24,915 bases of DNA from positions 1-24,915 of the IMG/VR virus record IMGVR_UViG_3300033076_000611. One strand, given 5' to 3'. The notes beneath the pieces are model-generated. The model did not search any database, was not told the origin of the DNA, and worked only from the letters and a program-made list of their open reading frames with translations. A program made the translations under genes and the position numbers. Below are positions 1-8,989 of the stretch, one piece after another; the stretch's first letter is position 1; each line of letters opens with the position of its first letter. Source of the stretch: a virus. Taxonomy: Duplodnaviria; Caudoviricetes.

Positions 1-965
1 GTCTGGCCGGCTGTGATGCTGGTGTTGGTCACGATCATGTCCGTGCCGCTGGTGCCGACTGTGCCTTGCAGGAGCGGAAGTCCAACGTTCCAATTCAAGC
101 CGGTAATTGTCCCTGCGCTAGAAGTAACCGCGCCGCCAGAGGCGGTTTGCAATGTTGCGGTGGTTGATGTGCTGGCCTGGGTTACCGACGAGACGTAATA
201 CACGGTGCCGCTGGTGTAGCCCGTAATGCTGCCCGTTCCGCCCGCCGTGCCCGTGACGTAAATGAGCATCCCCGGCGAAAGGTCGGGAAAGGCGGTAGTG
301 CCCGATGACGAAAATGTGAGCACGCCACCCGTGCTTGCCGTAACGGTCGCCCCGTTAAAATCGAACGGTGGCTTAGGCAGCCCACCTACCAACCCGCCGT
401 TTCCGGGCAGGCCCACCACGCGAAACCAAGCAGCCGTCCCAGTGTTCAGCGCCGTGACGCTTGAAATTGCGTTGAACGTGTTGAGAGGGGCGTAAGCTGT
501 ATAAGTCAAGCCGGTGGGCGTGCCAGCGGTTGTCACAAGCGCCGCACCGCCCTGAGTCACCAGCGTGAACGTGGAGCCGGTAGCCGCAGAAACCACATAG
601 CTCACATTGGTCACGTAACCCGAAATGGAGCCTGTTCCGCCATACGTTCCGGTCACGTTCAAAACCATGCCAACCGCCAATGCGGGGGTGGTCGGGCTCT
701 GCGAGGTATAGGTGAACTGGCCGGCCGTGCCGCTGATGGCGACGCCGGATAGCGTGAATGTTGAATAGGAGGCCGTAGTGCTGGCTTGGAAATAAACAAG
801 CGGCGCGTGCGTAGCAGGCGCTGATGGCGCCGTGTTGACGTTGGCTGGCATCGTCCCCGAATAAATGATGATGCCGGGGATCTGGTAGGAGACAGCGCTC
901 ATGTCGAGCGGCTGCAATCGTGCAGCCACGCCGGCCCGATGATGAATCCCGTACTGAATCGCCAC
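1..965 (-). CDS. Virion structural protein, runs off the window edge, with two internal ~85-aa T/G/S-rich repeats
   Basis: Absent from the ORF track because there is no stop in the window. GTG at 965 directly follows the portal TAA and the frame is open to base 1: MAIQYGIHHRAGVAARLQPLDMSAVSYQIPGIIIYSGTMPANV...NTGTAAWFRVVG...LQGTVGTSGTDMIVTNTSITAGQ. Confidence 0.85.
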   Translation of the reverse strand, partial: MAIQYGIHHRAGVAARLQPLDMSAVSYQIPGIIIYSGTMPANVNTAPSAPATHAPLVYFQASTTASYSTFTLSGVAISGTAGQFTYTSQSPTTPALAVGMVLNVTGTYGGTGSISGYVTNVSYVVSAATGSTFTLVTQGGAALVTTAGTPTGLTYTAYAPLNTFNAISSVTALNTGTAAWFRVVGLPGNGGLVGGLPKPPFDFNGATVTASTGGVLTFSSSGTTAFPDLSPGMLIYVTGTAGGTGSITGYTSGTVYYVSSVTQASTSTTATLQTASGGAVTSSAGTITGLNWNVGLPLLQGTVGTSGTDMIVTNTSITAGQ

Positions 966-3290
966 TTACTGCACTCCCGTCGCCCGCCCGTCAGGGCCGC
1001 GAATGATGGTTTTAGGCCGCGCCATTTGCGCGACAAGCGCCTGAATGCCGGCCAAGGTCTGGCGGTGCATCTCAAGCACGGCATTGCCGTCACCGGCTAG
1101 CTGCTCGGTCACTTCGCCAGAGGCCGCGCTTTCTGCGTCGCCTGCGGTCGGCTCCTTCGCGCCAATCTGCGCGATGAGGATGCGCGCCGAGGTTTCGAGC
1201 TGGGCCTTGTTCCAAGCCATGTCGAGCTTTTCACGCTCCATCGCCATCGACAGTTCGGCCTTCTGGATGTCGGCCTGCGCCTGAAGCTGGTACTTCTGCA
1301 TCTCGCGCTCGGCCTGCAGTTCGTTTTCCTGCTGCGCCTGCTGCGCTTGCGCCATCTGCTTGTCGCGCTCCACCTGCGCGTTCAGTTCGGCCTTGAACTG
1401 CTCAAGCTGCTGCGTGGCCTGCATCTTGGCTTGCTCAATCTGCATCTGCTGCTGGCCTTCATTGGTCGGCGGCGGCTGCTGAATCTTGTCGAGCGCATCT
1501 TCCACGGCGCTGCCCAGCTTGGCGCGGCGCGTGGCGGCAAGAATGATTTCCTTGATAGCATCAATCGGCATTGCGCCGGCCTGCGCGAACGGCATGAGGC
1601 CGGACAGCATGGCGGTGACGCCCTGCATCAGCTTGCCGATGTTCTCGATGTCGGAATCCTGCGTGGCGCTCAAGGTCGAGTCCGTCTCGATGTCCACGCG
1701 GTAGTTCCGCTGCGCCTCGTCGCGCAGGGCCTCGATGACAACCTCCCAGGTGATGGCCTGCGGCGGCTGCGGAGGCGGCGGCGGCTCCTGTCCTGACTGC
1801 TGCGCCTGCATCGCGGCCTGCTGCCACTGTTGGGTCGCCTGCTGAAGCTGCTGCTTCACTTCCTCGTCGTGGGGCAGTTTGACCAAAGTCATGCGCTCCA
1901 GCGTCTCGGGCTGGAACTTCTCCGCGATGATTTCAGCCTTCAGGCGCATCAGGTCGCGCACATAGCGTTGCACTTCGGCCTGCAGCTTCTGGAGTCGCTG
2001 CGTGCCCCACTGAGTTTTCAGCTTCTGAGCGCCGAAAGTCTCCTGCGCGTCGGTGGCACTGCGCATGATGTCGCTGATGCCGGTGATTTCGTAAATAACT
2101 GCCTTCGACTGGTCGCGCTGGATGTACAGTTCGCGCAGCACCATTGCGGCCTGCTCGATGGGCATCATCCAGATGGCCTTCTCAAGCCCGCCGCGCTCAA
2201 TCAGCGCCGTGGCGTTCTGCGCCGGCACCAGCTCGTTGTCCGCCGCCTTCATCAGCTCGGACAGTTCGGTGAGCGTCGCGTCATACACGCCCCGGACGCG
2301 CAGTGCGTCAATCAGCTTGTTAATGCGCGTGCTAATGCGATTCAGCTCTTTGGCCTGCTGCTCATACTGGCTATAGAGGGTCAGCGGCTCGGTCGAATCG
2401 TGGCGCTCAATGGCGTACAACGGGCGCGGGACAGGGAAAAAGCCCTGCAGCCCCAGCGGGTCGTCCTGCGTCTTGGCCGGCTCGTGGTAGCTGTCGGCAA
2501 TCCAGATGACTTTCCGCTCGTCCTTGTCCCAGATTTCCCACACGCTGGCGGTCTTGAACAGCGGTTCAAGGTCGGAATGCTTTGAAACGTCCTCGTCGCC
2601 TACCGAGTCAAGGCCAATGCGGGAGCCAACCTCATCACCGAATTTTTCCTTCAATTCCTCGCGGTCGAGGTAGTGGCGGAAAGCCACCCAGCAAACGTCA
2701 TCCCATTGCTTGCCGGGGCCGATGCGCAAATCGTCCCACTGGACGCGCTCGCACACGGCCTGCTCCCACTCAATCTCCTCGTAGGAGTCGCCCTCCTGCG
2801 CCTCGTGCGTCGGCTCCTCTGCGCCCTCCTCGTGCGTCTCAGCAGTGACGCCCACCTGGCGCAGGCTCGGGATGTACCGGACACGCGACACGGCGCGGCC
2901 CGGCAGCAGCATCGACAGGACGTCGGCCTTCATCAGGGCGTTGAAGTCGTAGCCCTCAATACTGAACTCAAGCGAGCGCTGCAGGACTTCGCTGACGGCT
3001 TTTCCCAGCGGGTCGGCGTCTTGGTAGCGCCGACGCACCTGCGGCTCTGGCAGGCTGTTGTAGCAGGCTTGCCTCAAAGTCTCCGTGTTCGACCAGAGAA
3101 TGTTGAAGCTGTTCGCCGCAAGGTTGACGCCGGCATACAGGTCGTTGGCCGCTTTCGCCTTCTTGCGCCACTCGCGCTCGCGCTTGTCGGCCAGCTTGAG
3201 TTCCAACTTCCAGCGCCGGCAGACCGCAGACGGGCCGAGGCCGACTTCTGCGGGGGTCTCGTAGGCGTTGGCGGCGGCGGGTTCGCTCAT
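966..3290 (-). CDS. Portal protein (P22-like, podovirus type)
   Basis: 774 aa, downstream of terL; FNILWSNTETL and FFPVPRPLY motifs; long Q/E-rich coiled-coil C-terminus. Confidence 0.88.
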   Translation of the reverse strand: MSEPAAANAYETPAEVGLGPSAVCRRWKLELKLADKREREWRKKAKAANDLYAGVNLAANSFNILWSNTETLRQACYNSLPEPQVRRRYQDADPLGKAVSEVLQRSLEFSIEGYDFNALMKADVLSMLLPGRAVSRVRYIPSLRQVGVTAETHEEGAEEPTHEAQEGDSYEEIEWEQAVCERVQWDDLRIGPGKQWDDVCWVAFRHYLDREELKEKFGDEVGSRIGLDSVGDEDVSKHSDLEPLFKTASVWEIWDKDERKVIWIADSYHEPAKTQDDPLGLQGFFPVPRPLYAIERHDSTEPLTLYSQYEQQAKELNRISTRINKLIDALRVRGVYDATLTELSELMKAADNELVPAQNATALIERGGLEKAIWMMPIEQAAMVLRELYIQRDQSKAVIYEITGISDIMRSATDAQETFGAQKLKTQWGTQRLQKLQAEVQRYVRDLMRLKAEIIAEKFQPETLERMTLVKLPHDEEVKQQLQQATQQWQQAAMQAQQSGQEPPPPPQPPQAITWEVVIEALRDEAQRNYRVDIETDSTLSATQDSDIENIGKLMQGVTAMLSGLMPFAQAGAMPIDAIKEIILAATRRAKLGSAVEDALDKIQQPPPTNEGQQQMQIEQAKMQATQQLEQFKAELNAQVERDKQMAQAQQAQQENELQAEREMQKYQLQAQADIQKAELSMAMEREKLDMAWNKAQLETSARILIAQIGAKEPTAGDAESAASGEVTEQLAGDGNAVLEMHRQTLAGIQALVAQMARPKTIIRGPDGRATGVQ

Positions 3291-5023
3291 TAGTACGGGC
3301 CAATCTCACGCCGCAGGTACGGCCAGATAACCTCAGCCATCTTCAGCATGCCGAACCCACCAGGGTGAATGTCGGAATTGGCAACGCCGCCTTGAATGTT
3401 CGGGTACAGGCCGACATTGAAGCGCGTGTCGTAATTCACACCGCCCAACAGGTCGTATGCCGGAATAAACTTCACAATGCCGTTGGAATACCCGTCCAGC
3501 CCCGCCTGAGCCTGCGCGGCGGCTTGCTGCCGAATTTGCAAGTCGTGATTGCTACTCCACCCGCCCAGAGGCGACTTGGCCGGCCACACCTGGCACAGCA
3601 GGATGCGGCGAGTCTTCGGGGACTGCGCGATGAAAGAATCAATCATCGCCTTGGCGGCGGTGATTTGCGTCTGCGGGTTGTAGAGCGTGCCGTCTACATC
3701 GTTAACGCTGAAATTCCAAATGACGATTTCCGGGTTCCACGCCGCGAGCGCGGTCAGGTACGGAGGCGGCAGCGGGTTGACGCTGAAAGCCGTGCCGCTC
3801 TTGCCCGCGTTGTACACGCGGAACGGCGGCAGGCCAGCGCGCACAGCCCAGCGCTCCATGCAGAAAACCCATTCATTCGGCATCGCAGTGCCAGTGAAAT
3901 GGCGGTTAGCGCCGCTGTTCAGCAACACTGTGTCGTCAAGGTCGTTCTGAACCGCCGCAATGGCTGCGGTCGTTTCGTAAGCCACCAGAATGGTGCCACC
4001 AGCAGAGGCGTCGCCCGTGTTGGTAGACGTGTAAGTGAACGTGCTAGCGCCCGTCACCGTAATCTGGAAAACGCCGTTGTATCCGTTCGTGCCCGACGAC
4101 GTAGCGCCAGAAATCGTCACCCAATCATTGGTCGAGCGTCCATGAGGCGCAGTGGTCGTGACGGTGTACGTCGTCGTGGCGCGGGTGATGCTGGTCACTG
4201 CTGCCGTGGCGGTATTGGCTCGGCCCGTGCCGCGCTGGGCAAACGAGTCGCCGAGGACGCCAATCTTGGGAAATAGGTTGTAATTCCAGCGCACCGCCTT
4301 GTTGTACAGGCGCACACGACGAATCCAGCCTGACCAGAAAGAAGACGCACCAAACTGGCACGCCAGCGTCCCTCGCACGAAAGAGTTCGTCCAGGTGGTG
4401 CCGGCGGCCACGGTGTCTGAGCAAACCGGATAGCCGTCAATCAGCAGGGTGTAGGTGCCGGTCGAGCTAGCTGTGGCGGGCGTGACCGTGAACCCAAGCT
4501 CGACGAAACCGTCCGGGTCGTCGTACAGATTGGAAAAGTGGCTGCACAGCGTCGTGGTGATGGTCTTGGTGACCGCGTCGGACGCCTTGAACAGGTATTG
4601 AGAATTGGTCAGGCCGGAACCAGCGCCAGCCGCTCCAGCGAGGTACTGCCCGTAGACGCTGGGCGTTGAATTGCCATCGAACCCGATGAACATGCCCTGT
4701 GCGGCAGGCGGAACGCCTTCGCTGTCCGTCGCAATACTGGTGTTCGACAACACCCATTTAGCAATGTCCACGCGGCGCAACTGCACCAGAATCGTGAACT
4801 CGGTCGCGGCATTCATTGTCGCGGCCCACGACGGGCTGCTGGTCTGGTAGCTGCGCCCGCCGGTGCCGTTGCCGTTGTAGCCAAACGAGTTGTCGAACGA
4901 CTCGCCACTGCCGCGCACCAGCGTAAAGCCGGCAGCGGTCAGCGCCGCAGCGCCAGCGGTCGCGCCGCCCGTGAGAACTAGGTCAAGGACGGGCGTCGAG
5001 CTAGGAGGGTACTGATAAGCCAC
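3290..5023 (-). CDS. Virion-associated SGNH/GDSL esterase with N-terminal ConA/LamG-like domain and an inserted beta-module
   Basis: SGNH blocks I (VLGDSF), II (NAGKSG), III (SVND) and V (DIHPG) are present. The N-terminal part ends in LLIDGYPV...FWSGWIRRVRLYNKA, typical of LamG-like domains. Confidence 0.78.
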   Translation of the reverse strand: MAYQYPPSSTPVLDLVLTGGATAGAAALTAAGFTLVRGSGESFDNSFGYNGNGTGGRSYQTSSPSWAATMNAATEFTILVQLRRVDIAKWVLSNTSIATDSEGVPPAAQGMFIGFDGNSTPSVYGQYLAGAAGAGSGLTNSQYLFKASDAVTKTITTTLCSHFSNLYDDPDGFVELGFTVTPATASSTGTYTLLIDGYPVCSDTVAAGTTWTNSFVRGTLACQFGASSFWSGWIRRVRLYNKAVRWNYNLFPKIGVLGDSFAQRGTGRANTATAAVTSITRATTTYTVTTTAPHGRSTNDWVTISGATSSGTNGYNGVFQITVTGASTFTYTSTNTGDASAGGTILVAYETTAAIAAVQNDLDDTVLLNSGANRHFTGTAMPNEWVFCMERWAVRAGLPPFRVYNAGKSGTAFSVNPLPPPYLTALAAWNPEIVIWNFSVNDVDGTLYNPQTQITAAKAMIDSFIAQSPKTRRILLCQVWPAKSPLGGWSSNHDLQIRQQAAAQAQAGLDGYSNGIVKFIPAYDLLGGVNYDTRFNVGLYPNIQGGVANSDIHPGGFGMLKMAEVIWPYLRREIGPY

Positions 5024-5487
5024 TACGCGGGCCTCGTGACGACCATGACGGACGCGGCGGTAATCAAGCCCGTGGTGACCTTGAGCTGGCCCTTATCGTT
5101 TAAGACGTGGCCCAGTTCGTAGACGCCCTGCGGGGTGGTTGAGGCGAAGGTCAGCTGCACAGCGTTGCCGGCGATGTCCTGGAACCCGTCAAACGTCACT
5201 GCGCCGCCCAGCGTGGCGGTGCCGACAATCAGGCGCATCAGGTGCGTGTCGTTGGCAGCCGCCGAGATGTTGCCGGGGCCGCCAATGGCGACCGCCGACA
5301 TGGAAGGGGTGAGCATGGTGGCAAACCCCACCGAGCGCACGTCGCCATAGGCGTTGACCGCGCTGGCCGGATTGCGGACGAAATTGCCGACCTGCGTGTC
5401 CTGCGTAAGCTGGGTGCTGGAATTACCGCTGCGGTTTACCCATTTGCCATTGACGAAGATGTCATCAGGACTTGTCGGTGCGGCCAT
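5023..5487 (-). CDS. Hypothetical virion protein
   Basis: 154 aa, beta-rich, tightly packed between terL and the SGNH gene. Confidence 0.7.
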   Translation of the reverse strand: MAAPTSPDDIFVNGKWVNRSGNSSTQLTQDTQVGNFVRNPASAVNAYGDVRSVGFATMLTPSMSAVAIGGPGNISAAANDTHLMRLIVGTATLGGAVTFDGFQDIAGNAVQLTFASTTPQGVYELGHVLNDKGQLKVTTGLITAASVMVVTRPA

Positions 5488-5491
5488 GCGT

Positions 5492-6802
5492 TCAATCCTC
5501 AGCCTTGCGCCGCTGTTGGCGCTTCAGGAGTTCGTTAATGGTCAGGTGCTGCGGGAACCTCGTCGGCTCCGGCTCTTTCGGCTTCATTTCTTCGCGCCAG
5601 ACGAGGCAGGCGTATCTGAAGGCGTCGGCATAGTGCGAAGTCCAGTCGTGGCGCGGCTTGTCGCGAAACGCTTTCTTGTCCTCGTCGAACTCACGCTGGT
5701 ATTGCTTAAGCGTGTCGATGCCTTCGCGGCATTGCTCGTCGAAGTGCGCGTCGGCCAGCGTCAAGCGTGAGGCTTGAATGCCGTCGACCAGCCCGAGTTC
5801 CGGCACGATGCGCGGCTTCCAGCCCAGCGCCCGGAACTGCTCTTCAATGCTGCGGCCTGTCTGCAAGCTCTTGGCCCGCGCGTCGTGCGGCAACCAGAGC
5901 CAGTCGCCATAGGTGTACGGCTTGGCCTTGAGCACTTCGTGGTAGTGCGCAATCGGCTGGCCGTGGGTGGCGTAGCAGTCCACGAACCGGATTTCCTTGC
6001 CGACTTGGAACCACCAGATAGCGGTGTCATCGCTGAAACCGAGGTCGAAAACCGCGTGAGTCTTGAGCGCCGGGTCGTACAGCCCATGCCGGAAGCGGCC
6101 AGCCTGCTCAAGCTCGTAAAGCTCTTTGCCGTAGATGGCGCCGGGGAGTGCGGCATCGAAGTCGCATTCCATTTCCTGCCGCCAAGCGTCGTCAGTCAGT
6201 TCGGCGCGCAAGGCGTCTAGCTCGGCCTGCGGCAGGATGCCGCTGTCACTGGCGCGGATGATGGATGTGAACCAATCCGGGTCGCCCTGCGCGCGCTGTA
6301 GCGTGTCGTAGAACGCATTGCGGCCTTTGGGCGTGCCGATGACTACGGCCCAGCCATTGCGGTCAGCGAGCGCCGGGCGGATGACGTAGCCCCATACGCT
6401 CGGCTTCCAGTCGCCAAACTCGTCAGCGACCAGTCCGTCGAAACCTAGGCCGCGCAATGCGTCCGCGTTGTCTGCGCCGAATAGCTGGATGCGCGCCCCG
6501 TTCGGGTAGTCGATGCGCAGTTCAGCCTCGTTTACCGCGATGCCCGGAATCGGCTTGCTGAACTGCTTGAAGTAGTCCCAAGCGACGGCCTTGGCCTGGC
6601 GGAAGAACGGCGCGACGTAGGCGAACCGTGCACCAATTTTCGCTGTGCAGGCGGCGCGGATTAGCTCGTTGACGCAGGCGACCGTTTTCCCCGCGCGACG
6701 ATGAGCAACCACTACCGCCCAGCGCTGGCGGCGCTTGTGCAGGCCGAGAAAGGCTCTGCGCGGGCTATAGGGGATTTCTATGCGTCGAGGGTGTCGCGCC
6801 AA
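5492..6802 (-). CDS. terL: Terminase large subunit
   Basis: Walker A VAHRRAGKT, Walker B LVADE, coupling motif IGTPKG, nuclease motifs FDLGFSDDTAIW and HDWTSHYADAFRY; TTG start overlaps the end of terS. Confidence 0.95.
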   Translation of the reverse strand: MARHPRRIEIPYSPRRAFLGLHKRRQRWAVVVAHRRAGKTVACVNELIRAACTAKIGARFAYVAPFFRQAKAVAWDYFKQFSKPIPGIAVNEAELRIDYPNGARIQLFGADNADALRGLGFDGLVADEFGDWKPSVWGYVIRPALADRNGWAVVIGTPKGRNAFYDTLQRAQGDPDWFTSIIRASDSGILPQAELDALRAELTDDAWRQEMECDFDAALPGAIYGKELYELEQAGRFRHGLYDPALKTHAVFDLGFSDDTAIWWFQVGKEIRFVDCYATHGQPIAHYHEVLKAKPYTYGDWLWLPHDARAKSLQTGRSIEEQFRALGWKPRIVPELGLVDGIQASRLTLADAHFDEQCREGIDTLKQYQREFDEDKKAFRDKPRHDWTSHYADAFRYACLVWREEMKPKEPEPTRFPQHLTINELLKRQQRRKAED

Positions 6803-7188
6803 CTCAGCACGCCAGACAGATTGCCCGACAGGTCGACCTTATCGCCGTACTTCTGCGGGAACCACCGGGCAAGCAGCTTGAGTCGCGTATCGACCCGCGC
6901 CCGTTGCCAAGCCACATAGCCTGAATCGATGCGCTCGCTGCCATCCCCGCTGGATGCGTACTCGGGCTTTTCGTCAATGATGTCCAGCGCCTCAAGGGCA
7001 ATGGCGTCAGCGCCCTGCTCTCTCGCGCGCGCGAAGCGTGCGGAAAACTCCTCGTCCTCATCCAGCCAGTCATACACCGTCCGCGCAGCCGGGCGCCCGG
7101 GTTCTTTGCAGAAATGCCGCATGGCTTTGCCATCAGCGACCCACTGCAGCAAGTCCTCGATGTGCTGGTCTCGGTTTTGAATGGTCAT
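6778..7188 (-). CDS. terS: Terminase small subunit (Sf6 gp1-like)
   Basis: N-terminal HTH (PAARTVYDWLDEDEEFSARFARAREQGADAIA) and RVDTRLKLLARWFPQKYGDK; directly upstream of terL. Confidence 0.9.
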   Translation of the reverse strand: MTIQNRDQHIEDLLQWVADGKAMRHFCKEPGRPAARTVYDWLDEDEEFSARFARAREQGADAIALEALDIIDEKPEYASSGDGSERIDSGYVAWQRARVDTRLKLLARWFPQKYGDKVDLSGNLSGVLSWRDTLDA

Positions 7189-7220
7189 CCGTCCCCCGGC
7201 TCAGGGTTGCCCGAGACTGG

Positions 7221-7256
7221 AAACAAAAAAGGCCCGGCGGTTTCCCGTCGAGCCTT
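7221..7256 (-). terminator. Intrinsic terminator of the late leader (tR'-like)
   Basis: Minus strand GGCTCGACGG-GAAA-CCGCCGGGCC followed by TTTTTTGTTT, located between Q and terS. Confidence 0.75.
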
Positions 7257-7290
7257 CGTGAATTTTGGGCGCACCTCGCCCCGTGCGCGA

Positions 7291-7320
7291 ATCCTGCCGC
7301 AAGCAAGTTCTAACGCGCAA
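7291..7320 (-). promoter_or_regulatory. Candidate late promoter (pR'-like)
   Basis: TTGCGC-N18-CAGGAT overlapping the Q stop codon and upstream of the terminator; weak consensus match, supported mainly by position. Confidence 0.35.
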
Positions 7321-7690
7321 GCGTTGGCTTGGCCCCAAGCCACCCGGCGGCCTCGTCCAGCACTTCGTAGTACTGCCGCAGCTTCAGCCCGAATTTCTGC
7401 GCCGCCATGAACGGCGGGGCCATGCCGAGGTAAAACGACTTCACAACGCTCCGGTGCGGTTGCCCCAGCTCGCGCACGAACCTCTCAACCCGCTCAGCGT
7501 CGTCGCTGTCCACGTTCGCCTTGCATTCCGCGTCACTGAGCCCGTCCCAAACGTCGCCGGCCTCGGGCTGGTACAGGCGCGCAAAGGCTGACTGCTTCGG
7601 GTAGCCCACGCCGATGCCGCTGGACAACGCCCATTCCGCCCAGTTCTCAAAACGCGCCTGTCCGCGCTCTATCGCGTAGGGCGATGGCAA
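7310..7690 (-). CDS. Late-gene antitermination protein Q-like
   Basis: RFENWAEW...GYPKQSAF...AERVERFVREL plus a C-terminal HTH; sits before a leader terminator and terS. Start uncertain (TTG 7690; ORF track gives 7759). Confidence 0.75.
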   Translation of the reverse strand: MPSPYAIERGQARFENWAEWALSSGIGVGYPKQSAFARLYQPEAGDVWDGLSDAECKANVDSDDAERVERFVRELGQPHRSVVKSFYLGMAPPFMAAQKFGLKLRQYYEVLDEAAGWLGAKPTLAR

Positions 7691-7860
7691 ACCAGTTCGC
7701 CCGCTTTGCGCAGCCCGTGACGCGCCTCGATGAGGTTTTGATAGGACTTGAGCAACCATGCTTTAGCCTCCTGTGGCGTGTCGCGGTGGTGAATGGCTTC
7801 GTCAATCCGGGCCTGCGCAACGAACAGCGCTTCTTCCCAGTCGGCCAAGGACATGCTCAT
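7669..7860 (-). CDS. Hypothetical protein (63 aa)
   Basis: ATG 7860 overlaps the upstream stop (ATGA); MSMSLADWEEALFVAQARID..., helical. Confidence 0.65.
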   Translation of the reverse strand: MSMSLADWEEALFVAQARIDEAIHHRDTPQEAKAWLLKSYQNLIEARHGLRKAGELVCHRPTR

Positions 7861-8276
7861 GGAATCCAATCCAGATTCATGCGGACGCGAAACGCCCTGT
7901 TGTGCCAGCCCTTCCGCTGGTAGCGGTCGGCTAGCTGCATGGCGTTGAGCCAGCTCGCGTCGGTTGAAAACCACGGCCGGAACTGTTTCCAGTCCGTGCC
8001 AATGCGCGCGGTGCGCTGCGGGTCTTTCGGTGGAGGCTTGAAGCGGACAGGCGGCGCAACCTTCGGCGGGCGAATCATTTCGGGCGGCAGCGGTGTCGCG
8101 ATGAACGCAATCACCGCCTTGTGGTGCCGCGCCTCGATGTTGCCTTTCATCAGCCAGTTATCGACCGCGCCCCGGCTGGTGCCGGTCAACTGAGCAATCT
8201 GGCGCTTGAGCGTTGTGCGAGCGCCGTACGCTGTGGCGGCGTCGAATTTGGCGGCTAACTCGCGGACTAGGTTCAT
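7857..8276 (-). CDS. Hypothetical HTH-containing protein
   Basis: ATG 8276 overlaps the MTase stop (ATGA); KRQIAQLTGTSRGAVDNWL is HTH-like. Confidence 0.7.
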   Translation of the reverse strand: MNLVRELAAKFDAATAYGARTTLKRQIAQLTGTSRGAVDNWLMKGNIEARHHKAVIAFIATPLPPEMIRPPKVAPPVRFKPPPKDPQRTARIGTDWKQFRPWFSTDASWLNAMQLADRYQRKGWHNRAFRVRMNLDWIP

Positions 8277-8989
8277 GCGGCTACCTCGCAATCGCTTGTG
8301 AGGATTCGCCATGCGGCTGCCGCGCAGGCTGGGACTTGTCCGTTTCCAATGGCTTTAAGTCGGTCCATCCGAGCGGCCAGCCCATGAGCCACTCGACCCA
8401 CGTCGGGTTCAGTGCGCCACCAGCTTGAGCTGCCAATGTCGGAGTATTCCGGTCGTGCTCGCTCTGGAAGCCGCCCTCTTTTGCGTTGTGCGCCGTGGGC
8501 GTCGGCCACAATCCAGAGCCTGTCCCTTTGATGCGGAGCGCCGACATCGGCAGCGCCCAGCACTGTCCATCGGCAGTCATACCCGAGCGCGGCCAGGTCA
8601 CCGAGGACAACTCCGAGTCCCCTAACAAACAAAGCTGGACTGTTTTCCACGAACGCGAATCGGGGTCGAACTTCGCCAATGATGCGCGCCATGTGGGACC
8701 AGAGGCCGGAGCGCTCTCCGGTGATGCCTGCACCTTTTCCGGCAACGCTGATGTCCTGGCAGGGAAAGCCGCCAGAAACGACGTCAACACGTCCGCGCCA
8801 AGGTCGTCCGTTAAAGGTGCAAACGTCATCCCAAATCGGGAAAGGCGGGAGAACTCCGTCATTCTGTCGGGCGACGAGTACGCTTGCGGCGTAGGCGTCT
8901 TGCTCAACGGCACAGATGGTTCGCCAGCCGAGGAGTTTTCCGCCAAGTATTCCGCCACCAGCGCCTGCGAATAAAGCCAGCTCATGCAC
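8273..8989 (-). CDS. C5 cytosine DNA methyltransferase, large chain (motifs I-VIII and X)
   Basis: Motifs I LFAGAGG, IV GGFPCQDIS, VI VENS, VIII PHQRDRLWIV and X RLKAIGNGQVP; no recognisable motif IX in this frame. GTG start at 8989. Confidence 0.92.
   Translation of the reverse strand: MHELALFAGAGGGILGGKLLGWRTICAVEQDAYAASVLVARQNDGVLPPFPIWDDVCTFNGRPWRGRVDVVSGGFPCQDISVAGKGAGITGERSGLWSHMARIIGEVRPRFAFVENSPALFVRGLGVVLGDLAALGYDCRWTVLGAADVGAPHQRDRLWIVADAHGAQRKRGRLPERARPEYSDIGSSSWWRTEPDVGRVAHGLAARMDRLKAIGNGQVPACAAAAWRILTSDCEVAA
8281..8985 (-). CDS. Nested alternative-frame protein: probable small (beta) chain of the C5 methyltransferase carrying the TRD and motif IX
   Basis: 234-aa ORF entirely inside the MTase gene; ATG overlaps the rusA stop (ATGA); WPTP...TL...LNPTWVEWLMGWPLGWT resembles motif IX. 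Confidence 0.75.
   Translation of the reverse strand: MSWLYSQALVAEYLAENSSAGEPSVPLSKTPTPQAYSSPDRMTEFSRLSRFGMTFAPLTDDLGADVLTSFLAAFPARTSALPEKVQASPESAPASGPTWRASLAKFDPDSRSWKTVQLCLLGDSELSSVTWPRSGMTADGQCWALPMSALRIKGTGSGLWPTPTAHNAKEGGFQSEHDRNTPTLAAQAGGALNPTWVEWLMGWPLGWTDLKPLETDKSQPARQPHGESSQAIAR

Noticed and set aside
1280-1860. CAG/GCC-rich repeats in the portal gene
   Set aside because: They encode Gln/Pro-rich linkers and coiled coil common in this portal type; not an independent DNA element.
1045-4276. Long plus-strand ORFs opposite the portal and SGNH genes (e.g. 1830-2585, 3365-4276)
   Set aside because: Typical antisense shadows in high-GC coding DNA, with no motifs or RBS.
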